Shown here in pieces: positions 40,764 to 49,925 of a DNA stretch of 64,000 bases (within the stretch, counting starts at the first letter, position 1; each line of letters opens with the position of its first letter). The stretch is from Hyphomicrobium sp. (GTDB lineage Bacteria; Pseudomonadota; Alphaproteobacteria; Rhizobiales; Hyphomicrobiaceae): NCBI GenBank assembly GCA_030148725.1, contig JASBSU010000003.1:31553-95552 (forward strand), given 5' to 3'. The position numbers were made by a program, and so were the translations under genes. The notes under the pieces were generated by a model. The model did not search any database. It had not been told where the DNA came from and saw nothing but the letters and a program-made list of their open reading frames with translations.

Positions 40764-43700
40764 ATGCGCATCAATATCTCTGCGTGGTCCATCCGCCGCC
40801 CGGTGCCCTCGATCGTTCTGTTCGCCGTTCTGACACTGCTCGGCGTCATCAGCTTCATGACGATGCCGGTGACGCGTTTCCCGAACATCGACATACCGCT
40901 CGTCTCCGTGACCGTGATCCAATCCGGCGCAGCTCCCGCCGAGATGGAAACGCAGATCACCAAGTACGTCGAAGATTCGGTCGCCAACATCACCGGCGTC
41001 AAGCACGTGATGTCCACCGTCACCGACGGCCAGTCGCAGACGGCCATCGAATTCCGCCTCGAGGTGAACCAGGACCGCGCCGTCAACGATGTGAAGGACG
41101 CGATCGACAAGATCCGTCTGCAGCTGCCGCGCGACATCAACGAGCCGATCGTGCAACGCATCGACGTCGAAGGACAGTCGATCCTCACCTTCGCGGCCTC
41201 CTCGCCGGGCATGACGCTTCAACAGCTCTCCTGGCACGTCGACGACGTGATCAAGCGGCAGCTTCAGGGCCTCAAAGGTGTCGGCCGCGTGGAGCGTTAC
41301 GGCGGCGTCGATCGCGAAATCCGCATTCTCCTTGATCCTGACCGTCTCCTCGCCTTCGGCGTCACGGCTGCCGATGTGAACATGCAGGTCCGCGCGACCA
41401 ACGTCGATCTCGGCGGTGGACGCGGTGAGGTCGGCGGACAGGAGCAGGCGATCCGCACGCTTGCCGGCGCTCGCAAGGTAGAGGAACTGGCGCAGACCAA
41501 GATCCTGTTGCCGGGCGGACGCCAGGTGCGCTTGTCCGACCTTGGCCAGGTCATCGACGATGCCAGCGAACAGCGCGCCTTCGCGCGCCTCGAAGGCGCT
41601 CCGGTGGTAACGTTCTCGGTCTTCCGTTCCAAGGGATCGAGCGAGCTTTCGGTCGCGAACGTCGTCACCGCCAAACTCGACGAACTGCAAAAGCGCTATC
41701 CCGAAGTACGCCTCACCAAGATCGACGACGCCGTCGCCTATACGCGCGGAAACTACAAGTCGGCGATGGAGACGTTGCTCGAGGGTGCCGCTCTCGCCGT
41801 GCTCGTCGTGCTCGTCTTCCTGCGCAACATTCGCGCCACGTTGATTGCCGCCATCGCGCTGCCGCTCTCTGCAATACCCACCTTCTGGGCGATGCAGCTC
41901 ATGGGCTTTTCGCTCAACCTCGTCAGCCTGCTGGGCATAACGCTCGTCACCGGCATCCTCGTCGACGACGCCATCGTCGAAATCGAAAACATCGTGCGCC
42001 ACATGCGCACCGGGAAATCGCCGTACCGCGCCGCGGTCGAGGCCGCCGACGAAATCGGTCTCGCCGTCATCGCCATTTCGTTGACCATCGTGGCGATCTT
42101 CTCGCCCGTTTCGTTCATGGGCGGCATCGCAGGACAATACTTCCGCCAGTTCGGTCTGACCGTCGCCGTCGCAGTTCTCATATCGCTGCTTGTCGCGCGC
42201 CTCATCACGCCGATGATGGCCGCCTATCTGATGCGTCCGGTGAAGGAGGAGCACGAAGGCAATGGCCTCGTGATGCGTGGCTACGTCGGTTTCCTCCGCG
42301 CGACCCTCAAGGTGCGCTACCTGACGCTCGTTGCCGGCCTCGGCTTGTTCGCCGGATCGATCTACGCGACGACACTGCTGCCGACCGGCTTCATGCCTGA
42401 CGAGGACACCTCGCGCATTGTCGTCTCGGTCGAGTTGCCTCCAGGCTCGACGCTCGAAGACACCCGCCGCTCAACCGACAACATGGTCACCACGCTGAAG
42501 ACTATTCCCGAGGTGCAGAGCGTCTTCGTGCTCGGTGGCTCGACACCCACCGGTGGGCTGGATGTTCGCAGGTCCTCCCTTTTCATACATCTCGTGCCGA
42601 AGACCGAGCGCACGGTGACGCAAAAGGACCTCAAGATCGTCATCGCTGACAAGCTCGCCGACATCCCTGACACGCGTCTGTGGTACGTCAACGAGCGCGG
42701 CGAACGCGAGCTGTCGTTCTCCATGCTCTCGCACGATGGCGAGGACTTGAGCCAGGCCGTGAAGAAGCTGGAAGGCGCTCTGCGACAGGTGCCCGGCTTC
42801 AAGAACGTCGCAGCCGACGCCGCGATCGACCGCCCGGAACTGCGCGTCGTACCAAGGTTCGATGCCGCGGCGCGCCTTGGCGTTGCGCCGAGCAAGATCG
42901 CCGAGACGATCCGCGTCGCCACCATCGGTGATACCGATGCAAACCTCGCCAAGTTCAATGCCGGCGACCGCATGGTCCCCATCCGCGTGCAGATCCGGGA
43001 GGACGCGCGCACCGACATGCAACGCTTGCGTAACCTGCGCGTGACCAACGCCAATGGCGTTGCAATCCCGCTTGCCGCAGTCGCCGACATAGAGTTCGGA
43101 CGCGGCCCCAGCTCTATCAACCGCTATGACCGCGAGCGTCGCGCGGTGATCGGCGTCGATCTGGAATCGCGTTACGCGATGAGCGATGCGCGAGAGAAAT
43201 TCTTGAAGGTCTTCGAGGACCAGAAGCTTCCGCCCGGTGTACGCCTGCAAGCCTCCGGCGACGCGGAGATCCAGGACGAGGTGGCAACCGGATTCATGAC
43301 GGCCATGGGCACCGGCCTAATGATCGTGTTCGGCGTGCTCGTGCTGTTGTTCGGCAGCGTCGCACAGCCCATCACCATCCTTCTGTCACTGCCTCTGTCG
43401 TTTGGCGGCGTCGTCATTGCGCTTCTCGCGACCAACAACTCCGTCAGTATGCCGGTTTACATCGGCCTGCTGATGCTCATGGGCATCGTGACCAAGAACG
43501 CCATCATGCTCGTTGATTTCGCGGTCGAGGAAATCGCCCGCGGCGTCCCCCGCATCGACGCCGTCATCGATGCGGGACGCAAACGCGCCCGCCCCATCGT
43601 CATGACGACACTGGCCATGGTGGCCGGCATGGTCCCGAGCGCCATGGCGGTCGGCGACGGCGGTGAGTTCCGCGCTCCGATGGCCATCGCCGTCATTGGC

Positions 43701-43901
43701 GGCCTGTTGGTCTCGACGGTGCTGTCCCTCGTCTTCGTGCCTTCGTTCTTCACGGTGATGGATGACGTCGGCAACCTCATCTGGCGGATCTTCTCGCGCT
43801 TCATAGGGCCGACGGACGAGACGCCGGAATACATTGCCGAGCAGGAACGGCAGCGACAGGCCGTCAATAAAACCGCAGCGCACCCAACGCCGGCGGAGTG
43901 A
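40764..43901 (+). CDS. RND efflux permease (AcrB/AcrD/AcrF family)
   Basis: 1045 aa; FP.IDIP, GILVDDAIVEIENI, KNAIMLVDF, RARPIVMTTLAM. Confidence 0.95.
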   Translation: MRINISAWSIRRPVPSIVLFAVLTLLGVISFMTMPVTRFPNIDIPLVSVTVIQSGAAPAEMETQITKYVEDSVANITGVKHVMSTVTDGQSQTAIEFRLEVNQDRAVNDVKDAIDKIRLQLPRDINEPIVQRIDVEGQSILTFAASSPGMTLQQLSWHVDDVIKRQLQGLKGVGRVERYGGVDREIRILLDPDRLLAFGVTAADVNMQVRATNVDLGGGRGEVGGQEQAIRTLAGARKVEELAQTKILLPGGRQVRLSDLGQVIDDASEQRAFARLEGAPVVTFSVFRSKGSSELSVANVVTAKLDELQKRYPEVRLTKIDDAVAYTRGNYKSAMETLLEGAALAVLVVLVFLRNIRATLIAAIALPLSAIPTFWAMQLMGFSLNLVSLLGITLVTGILVDDAIVEIENIVRHMRTGKSPYRAAVEAADEIGLAVIAISLTIVAIFSPVSFMGGIAGQYFRQFGLTVAVAVLISLLVARLITPMMAAYLMRPVKEEHEGNGLVMRGYVGFLRATLKVRYLTLVAGLGLFAGSIYATTLLPTGFMPDEDTSRIVVSVELPPGSTLEDTRRSTDNMVTTLKTIPEVQSVFVLGGSTPTGGLDVRRSSLFIHLVPKTERTVTQKDLKIVIADKLADIPDTRLWYVNERGERELSFSMLSHDGEDLSQAVKKLEGALRQVPGFKNVAADAAIDRPELRVVPRFDAAARLGVAPSKIAETIRVATIGDTDANLAKFNAGDRMVPIRVQIREDARTDMQRLRNLRVTNANGVAIPLAAVADIEFGRGPSSINRYDRERRAVIGVDLESRYAMSDAREKFLKVFEDQKLPPGVRLQASGDAEIQDEVATGFMTAMGTGLMIVFGVLVLLFGSVAQPITILLSLPLSFGGVVIALLATNNSVSMPVYIGLLMLMGIVTKNAIMLVDFAVEEIARGVPRIDAVIDAGRKRARPIVMTTLAMVAGMVPSAMAVGDGGEFRAPMAIAVIGGLLVSTVLSLVFVPSFFTVMDDVGNLIWRIFSRFIGPTDETPEYIAEQERQRQAVNKTAAHPTPAE

Positions 43902-43997
43902 CCCCCGCTTCATGGGGAAGGCGCAACGCGCTTGAAAACAAAAAACGGGCGCATCGGTGAGATGCGCCCGTTTGAAATTCGATACAGCCGAGGACCT

Positions 43998-45107
43998 TTA
44001 CTTGGTCGAGGCCGTCGCGTCGTGCTTGAAGAACACGTCGACGCGCATACCCGTCAGCAGCGGCGGCAGCCCGTCGAGATCGACCAGCGCTTCCAGCACT
44101 TCCACGTCGTTCGGACGGCGCGGGCCGCGCGACACGATGTTCGGCTGCGACAGGGACTGAGCGATGGAGCTCACGCGACCTTCGAAGTCCTGGTCCGGAT
44201 AGGCATCGGCGCGAACGACGACGCGCTGTCCGACATGGATCTTGGCAGCATCGCGCTCTTCGACTTCGGCGCGAACCTTCATGGAGGAGAGATCGCCGAC
44301 GACGAGCAGCGTGTTCTCAGGCGACGGCGTTGCGATCTCGCCTTCCTTGGCGGTGATGTTCAGCACCGTGGCATCGAACGGCGCGCGCACGCGCGTGTGT
44401 TCGACACCCAGCTCGGCTCCGAGAAGCTCGGCACGAGCGACGGTCAGCGCCGACTCCAGACGCGTCGGAAGCGGCATGCCGGACTTGGCGAGCGTCGTCG
44501 TCAATGCCGACTTCTTCTCATCGAGTGCCTTGCGGGCATCTGCCAGCTTCGCGCGGGCGGCGTCGACAGCTTCCTGCGGGCCGTTCTTCTTGCGCTTCTC
44601 ATCGAGCGCATCGTCGAACTCCTGCTGCGCGGCGAATACTGAGCGCTCAGCAGCGGCGACGGCGTCTTCGGCGTTGCGGCGCTCGAGCTGCAGACCGCGC
44701 GCATCCTCTTCGTTGCGCTCGCGAACGCGCACCTGCTCTTCGGCCTTCGCTGCCGCGACCTTCGTCGTTGCGTCATCATCGTCGAGGCGAACCAGCAGAT
44801 CGCCGGCCTGCACACGATCGTTGAGCTCAGCCGCAATATTCACGATGCGGCCCGGCACGTCGGCGGAAATGCGCACTTCGCCGCTCTTCGGCTCGACGCG
44901 ACCCGTGGCCGACGCAGCCCACGTCGGCTGCGGAGCCGGAGCCTGCTTGGCATTGCCCGACTTCGACGCATCGCTCGCCGAAGCCTGCGTGTTCTTCTGC
45001 TCGGCGACCGGACCCCAGCTCACGCTGTTGACATAGAATCCAACGGCGACAGCAAGCAAACCGGCGACCGCGAGAGTAACGGCTGTGGGATTGACCTTGT
45101 TAAGCAT
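43998..45107 (-). CDS. HlyD/DevB-family membrane fusion protein
   Basis: TM anchor, A.GRVEP..GEV.I.A...G, VRAPFD.TVL, LLTGMRVDV. Confidence 0.85.
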   Translation of the reverse strand: MLNKVNPTAVTLAVAGLLAVAVGFYVNSVSWGPVAEQKNTQASASDASKSGNAKQAPAPQPTWAASATGRVEPKSGEVRISADVPGRIVNIAAELNDRVQAGDLLVRLDDDDATTKVAAAKAEEQVRVRERNEEDARGLQLERRNAEDAVAAAERSVFAAQQEFDDALDEKRKKNGPQEAVDAARAKLADARKALDEKKSALTTTLAKSGMPLPTRLESALTVARAELLGAELGVEHTRVRAPFDATVLNITAKEGEIATPSPENTLLVVGDLSSMKVRAEVEERDAAKIHVGQRVVVRADAYPDQDFEGRVSSIAQSLSQPNIVSRGPRRPNDVEVLEALVDLDGLPPLLTGMRVDVFFKHDATASTK

Positions 45108-45852
45108 GGGCCTTCCGTCTCTTTGTAAGATCTGCAATTTCGGGGGCATCGAGCCCCTCGGGCCGGCGTTCCTCGCCGACGATGCGTCCATCCTCGATGC
45201 GCACCACGCGATCGGCGTAGCTGAGCGTACGAGGATCGTGCGTAACCGCCAGGACGCTGCGGTGCTGCTCTTTGGCGATGCGCGCCAGAAGCGCCATCAC
45301 CGCGTGTCCGTTCTCGCCGTCGAGCGCTGCGGTTGGCTCGTCGGCAAGCACGATGGAGGGTGAGGAAGCAATGGCACGCGCCACCGCGACGCGCTGCTGC
45401 TCACCGCCCGAAAGATTTCCCGGATAGCTCTTCAAGCGATAGGCGAGACCGACGTCGCGCAGCACCTCTTCGGAGCGGTTCGCCGCGGCAAAGCCCTTCT
45501 GGCCGCGCACGTCGAGAGCGATGCGTACGTTCTCGAGCGCCGTAAGAGTCGGGAACAGATTGTACGACTGGAAGATGAAGCCCATGTGCTTGCGTCGCAG
45601 GTCGGCCATTTCTTCGGGACCGAGCTTCGTCGTGTCGACGCCGGCAATCCTCAGCGTCCCGGACGTTGGCGTCAGGATGCAGCCGAGGATCGACAACAGC
45701 GTGGTCTTGCCGCTGCCGGACGGCCCCATCAGAAGCGTCAGCTCGCCCGGCACCAGCGTGAGGCTGGCACCCTTGACGGCGCGCACCTTGCCGGCGCCGC
45801 TGCCGAGCTCTTTGACGATGTCGATGGCTTCGAGAACGGGCTCTGAACTCAT
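45100..45852 (-). CDS. ABC transporter ATP-binding protein (LolD/DevA-like)
   Basis: GPSGSGKTT, LSGGEQQRVAVARA, LADEPTAALD, VTHD. Confidence 0.93.
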   Translation of the reverse strand: MSSEPVLEAIDIVKELGSGAGKVRAVKGASLTLVPGELTLLMGPSGSGKTTLLSILGCILTPTSGTLRIAGVDTTKLGPEEMADLRRKHMGFIFQSYNLFPTLTALENVRIALDVRGQKGFAAANRSEEVLRDVGLAYRLKSYPGNLSGGEQQRVAVARAIASSPSIVLADEPTAALDGENGHAVMALLARIAKEQHRSVLAVTHDPRTLSYADRVVRIEDGRIVGEERRPEGLDAPEIADLTKRRKAHA

Positions 45853-46976
45853 CTGTTGAATACCGTTGCAGGATCAATCTTGGTGACTTTAACGATTGCC
45901 GACAGCGCAGAGATGGCGCACATGCCGACGGTCAGCGCGAACAGCCAGAACGCCAACCCAGGCGTCATGACCATGGGCAAGGCCGTATTCCTGCTGAACA
46001 CCAGGATAGTGAGTGCGATCGAGATGCCGAGCAAATAGCCGACCACGGCGCTGATGCCAGCCTGCGCCAGGATTACCTTGTGAATATATCCCGACGATGA
46101 CCCCAGCGCACGCAGCGTCGCGAACTCGCTGAGATGATCCTTAGTGCTCGAATAAAGGGTCTGCGCCACAATCACGGTGCCAACAAGGCTGCCAAGCAGC
46201 GCGCCGCCGATCAGCGCCACGCCGGCGCCGGTCCGGAACAGCCACTGCTTGAGGCTGCGGTCGCGGAATTCTTCATGCGTCAGAACCTCGGCGCCTTCCA
46301 GGCGGCTCGCCAGTTCATGTTGCACTTTCTGAACGTTAGCCCCCGGCTGAAGCTGCACGAGGTAGAACGTGGTGTTGTCGCTGTCGCCGAACAAGGCGCG
46401 TGAGCGATTGAGCGTTGTATAGGCGTAGGGTGACTGCGTGAACGAGCGGACGCCGTCCGTCAGGGCGCGCACGCGCACCCGGCCGTTGGCGATCTGCGCC
46501 GTATCGCCGAGCCCTTTGATACCGAGTTCGTTGAGGTAGGTTTTGTCGACGGCGATGGCTTCCGGTGCCTTGATGTCTTCCCAGGTGCCTTCAACCAGAT
46601 CGAACGGTACCAGACCGCCGTCCTCGGCGTCGGTTCCGACCAGCACGACGCGCGTCGAGCCACCCTCCGGCTTGCGCCATTCAGCGAAGCGCACCACCAG
46701 AGGGATCACGGCCTTTACGCCCGGCGTCGCGAGAGCCTGATGCCGCTCGCGGGGCGTCAGGAGCATGCCGCCATCCTCGAAACTCTTGGCGCCGTAGGCA
46801 GCAATCCAAAGATCCGCTTTGGCGTGATCAATGTTCGCTGTGATCATGTTGCTGGCGCCGAGGTAGAGCCCGAGCTGCACGGCGACAAGAACGATAGAGA
46901 AGAGAATGCCGACGAGCGTGACCGCGAGACGAATGCGATCGTGAAACAGATTGCGAAAGGCAAGCGTCAGGATCAT
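45849..46976 (-). CDS. ABC transporter permease (MacB/DevC-like)
   Basis: LAFRNL.HD..R...T..GI.F, periplasmic core, EFATLRALG, V.KIDPA.VF. Confidence 0.88.
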   Translation of the reverse strand: MILTLAFRNLFHDRIRLAVTLVGILFSIVLVAVQLGLYLGASNMITANIDHAKADLWIAAYGAKSFEDGGMLLTPRERHQALATPGVKAVIPLVVRFAEWRKPEGGSTRVVLVGTDAEDGGLVPFDLVEGTWEDIKAPEAIAVDKTYLNELGIKGLGDTAQIANGRVRVRALTDGVRSFTQSPYAYTTLNRSRALFGDSDNTTFYLVQLQPGANVQKVQHELASRLEGAEVLTHEEFRDRSLKQWLFRTGAGVALIGGALLGSLVGTVIVAQTLYSSTKDHLSEFATLRALGSSSGYIHKVILAQAGISAVVGYLLGISIALTILVFSRNTALPMVMTPGLAFWLFALTVGMCAISALSAIVKVTKIDPATVFNR

Positions 46977-47320
46977 CAGGTCAGTTCCACTCAGTTGGGC
47001 AAATCGGGATCAGCTTGCGCACCGAAGCGCGGCGCGCCGCTCGTAGTCCGCCAACTTGGCCTCGAAATGGCAAACTCATGCTTAAGAGCTGCCCAAGTAT
47101 AACGCGTCAGCGCTCCATTTTCGAAACGTGCGGTGCGCGGTTGCCTACTCGGCGTTAACGCGAAGAGGTCAAGAAAGAGGTAAGATTGAACTGCTATGGA
47201 TAATTCTTCTTTACCTTTTTTCGCAGAGACTTGCGGCTCTCAGAAGCTCCGACCCGGTTTCGCCGCGTTTCGGAGCCTAAATGCGAATCCGATCTCTGAC
47301 ACAATATTGGTGATGCCACC

Positions 47321-47932
47321 ATGCGTCATGATCTTCCTACCATAGAGTCCGGCAAATGCTGGGCCAAATCTATCCTGGCAACGATTGTTGTTGGGCTTGG
47401 CGCCAGCGCCGCCAATGCCTCTCCGCCTTTGGAGCAGGGCGTCTGGATCAATCACACTGGCAAAGGAGCCGTCGAGATCCGCCCCTGCGGAACCTCGGGT
47501 GCGGCTGCTAACCGCTTGTGCGGGTTCATTGTTTGGCTGAAAGAGCCGAACAACGCCAAGGGCCAGCCCCTCACCGACGGGTACAACCCCGACCCGGCAA
47601 AGCGCAGCCGGACGATTTGCGGTCTTCCGGTTCTGGGCTCGCTCCAGCGTGTCAGCAGCGGCTGGGATAACGGATGGGTCTATGATCCCGAACAGGGCGC
47701 CCAGTTCGACGCCGCGATCGTCGCCGGCCGCGAACGTCTCGTTCTGACGGGCTATAAGGGCGTGAAATTCTTCTCCAAGACGTTCTCCTGGCGCCGCGCA
47801 CCGGCCGACCTCCAGCGTTGCGATCAGCCGCGCGAGGCCAAGGCCGCCCCCGCGAGCATCAAGGTCGCTTCGCCCCAGCCACAGATGAAGGTGCCCCGAC
47901 CGGTGCCTGCGGTCCGGCCGACCGTCCAGTAA
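47321..47932 (+). CDS. DUF2147 family exported protein
   Basis: Signal peptide, G.W......G.VEI.PCG....LCG.IVWL..D..NPDP..R.R..CG, G.VYDP..G. Confidence 0.85.
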   Translation: MRHDLPTIESGKCWAKSILATIVVGLGASAANASPPLEQGVWINHTGKGAVEIRPCGTSGAAANRLCGFIVWLKEPNNAKGQPLTDGYNPDPAKRSRTICGLPVLGSLQRVSSGWDNGWVYDPEQGAQFDAAIVAGRERLVLTGYKGVKFFSKTFSWRRAPADLQRCDQPREAKAAPASIKVASPQPQMKVPRPVPAVRPTVQ

Positions 47933-47952
47933 ACAACGCCAAGCTGCACAAA

Positions 47953-47984
47953 TAAAAAGCCCGGCATTTCGCCGGGCTTTTTTT
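47953..47984. terminator. Bidirectional intrinsic terminator
   Basis: AAAAAGCCCGGC-atttc-GCCGGGCTTTTTT between convergent genes. Confidence 0.85.
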
Positions 47985-48012
47985 ATTCGATCGAGTTGGA
48001 TGCAGCGCGCGA

Positions 48013-48933
48013 TCAGGTCGTCGCGCCGCGACCCTCGCCACGGCCCTTGTCGCGCTGCTGCTGAGCGTCGGAGGACGCAACGAGCGCTTCCTCGGCACGC
48101 ACCTTGTCGAGGCGTGCGGTCAGACGGCCCGCGAATTCCTTCACGCGCTCCATCACTACCGGACGCTGCCGGTCGAGCGTGACCATGTGATAGCAGTCGT
48201 CGAGCACGCACACTTCCACGATGCCCGACAGATCACGCTGCAGCTTCATCGCATTGACGAGATCGCTCTGGTCGTCGTGACGCGGATGGAACACCAGCGC
48301 GTGCTGCTTGATGCGATTGAGCAGCGGCTTGACGTTGCGGACGAGGCGCCGGAACTCCAGCACGAGGCCGCCGCCTCGGGCGAACAGGTCCTCGATGGAA
48401 TCCGCTTCCGACTGCACGCTATCCAGAATGAAGCTGCGCAGGCGGTCGTCCTTGATGCCATGCGGCGTACGCGCGGTGAATTTGAAGAGGCGCGCGAACC
48501 ACTTGTTGTGCACGAGGCGGAACAGGCTGAAGTACCACGGGATCGCCCAGCCATTCGGCCAGAACGTCGGAGAGAAGAGCATCAGTCCGTGGATCTTCTC
48601 AGGCCGCAGCGCTGCAAGCCGCAGTGCCAGCATGCTGCCGGCAGAGATGCCGCCGACGATCACCGCATCGCAATGCTGCATGAGCTCGTCATGCGCCTTC
48701 TCGAGCGCTGCGTACCAATCCTGCCAGCTCGAAAGCCCCGAAACGTCGGTGCCGCCCGCCAAGCCCGGAAGAAGCGGGCAATAAACGGTGTATCCGAGCT
48801 GCGCCAGAGTGTGCGCAACGACCTTCAAGTCGATAGGCGAGCCCCCGAGGCTGTGCACCAGCAATACGCCGTTGCGCCCACCCGGCACAAAAATGCTACC
48901 CCAAGCCGCCTTCATTTTCTCGCTGTTCTTCAT
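48013..48933 (-). CDS. Alpha/beta hydrolase (carboxylesterase-like)
   Basis: LLVHSLGG, GGISAG nucleophile elbow, DDQSD, YHMVTLD. Confidence 0.85.
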   Translation of the reverse strand: MKNSEKMKAAWGSIFVPGGRNGVLLVHSLGGSPIDLKVVAHTLAQLGYTVYCPLLPGLAGGTDVSGLSSWQDWYAALEKAHDELMQHCDAVIVGGISAGSMLALRLAALRPEKIHGLMLFSPTFWPNGWAIPWYFSLFRLVHNKWFARLFKFTARTPHGIKDDRLRSFILDSVQSEADSIEDLFARGGGLVLEFRRLVRNVKPLLNRIKQHALVFHPRHDDQSDLVNAMKLQRDLSGIVEVCVLDDCYHMVTLDRQRPVVMERVKEFAGRLTARLDKVRAEEALVASSDAQQQRDKGRGEGRGATT

Positions 48934-49925
48934 CTTTGTAACTTAACTCGCTCGCTTACTAGACGAAGTCGATCGATCCCCAGCAGACTCCTGTCCGCGC
49001 GAGCAAATCATCCGCGCTGACATGAGCTTGTCTTCGAAACTCTCTCTTTTTCGTTTCCTCGAATGAGCAACTGCGCCAATCAATCGCTGGCCAGCCGCCC
49101 TGGTGGGGAATTCGCTTTCGACGAGATCTCGTACCCGCACTGTACGAGCTGATGTGAAGCAGTCTCACTGGCCGGATCAGCCCCGAAGTTCGAGTGGGCA
49201 CCTTGCCGCAGCTGACCGCATGGATCGGAGGCTCGGCAGGTTCGGTTTTGAACGTCACCAGCCGCCCGGCAGCACCGATTTGATGAGTCGCCGCTGCAAG
49301 GCGGCAGCCTTCTGACCGCGCCCTGCGGCGAAAAAATGACCTGATTTCGGTCAGCCTACCGCCTCCCTGGATGGAGCGGGAAGGCATTACGGCATCAGGG
49401 CTTAATTCACTTAGGCTCAGTTTTGGAATCCGGAAAAACATAGAGAAAGCGCCGTTTTCGAATTCGTAACAATACCGTCACAACTCTACTTCGAAGGCGG
49501 CCGCAGCGAAATTGCTGCGCTGCAAACATCATTAACGTAGCAACCCAATGTTGTATCACCGCCACACTTAAGGCAAGACCGAGGCGGGGCTCATGAGGTG
49601 CAGCATCAATCTGGATGACGCCCCACCCGACCGCCCCGGACCACCAATCGCCCCCGCCGCGGACGGTTAATCGATGCAAGTCTGAAAGAATATGTGATCG
49701 CTCTGAACGCCCGTTCCGGTCACTGGGAAGACCTCGGAAAGCGGTCCGGCACACCCGGACAGCAGCAAATCGGCTCCTCGCCCCCCGGTCGGCGACCTCT
49801 ACCGGCCTCGGATCGATCGCCGAACGGCGCCTTTGTCATCCTGCGAGCGCAATCGACACCGCATATTTCAGGTGGTTAGATGGTTAAGCAGTCCCCGGCT
49901 TTGGCGCGGCTGCACACCGAAGGAC

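Noticed and set aside
39147-42254. 1035-aa minus-strand ORF
   Set aside because: Antisense shadow of the TetR/RND genes, produced by high-GC codon bias; no protein motifs
48959-49441. 160-aa minus-strand ORF in the long spacer
   Set aside because: No codon bias, RBS or motif support; kept only as part of the unexplained-spacer finding
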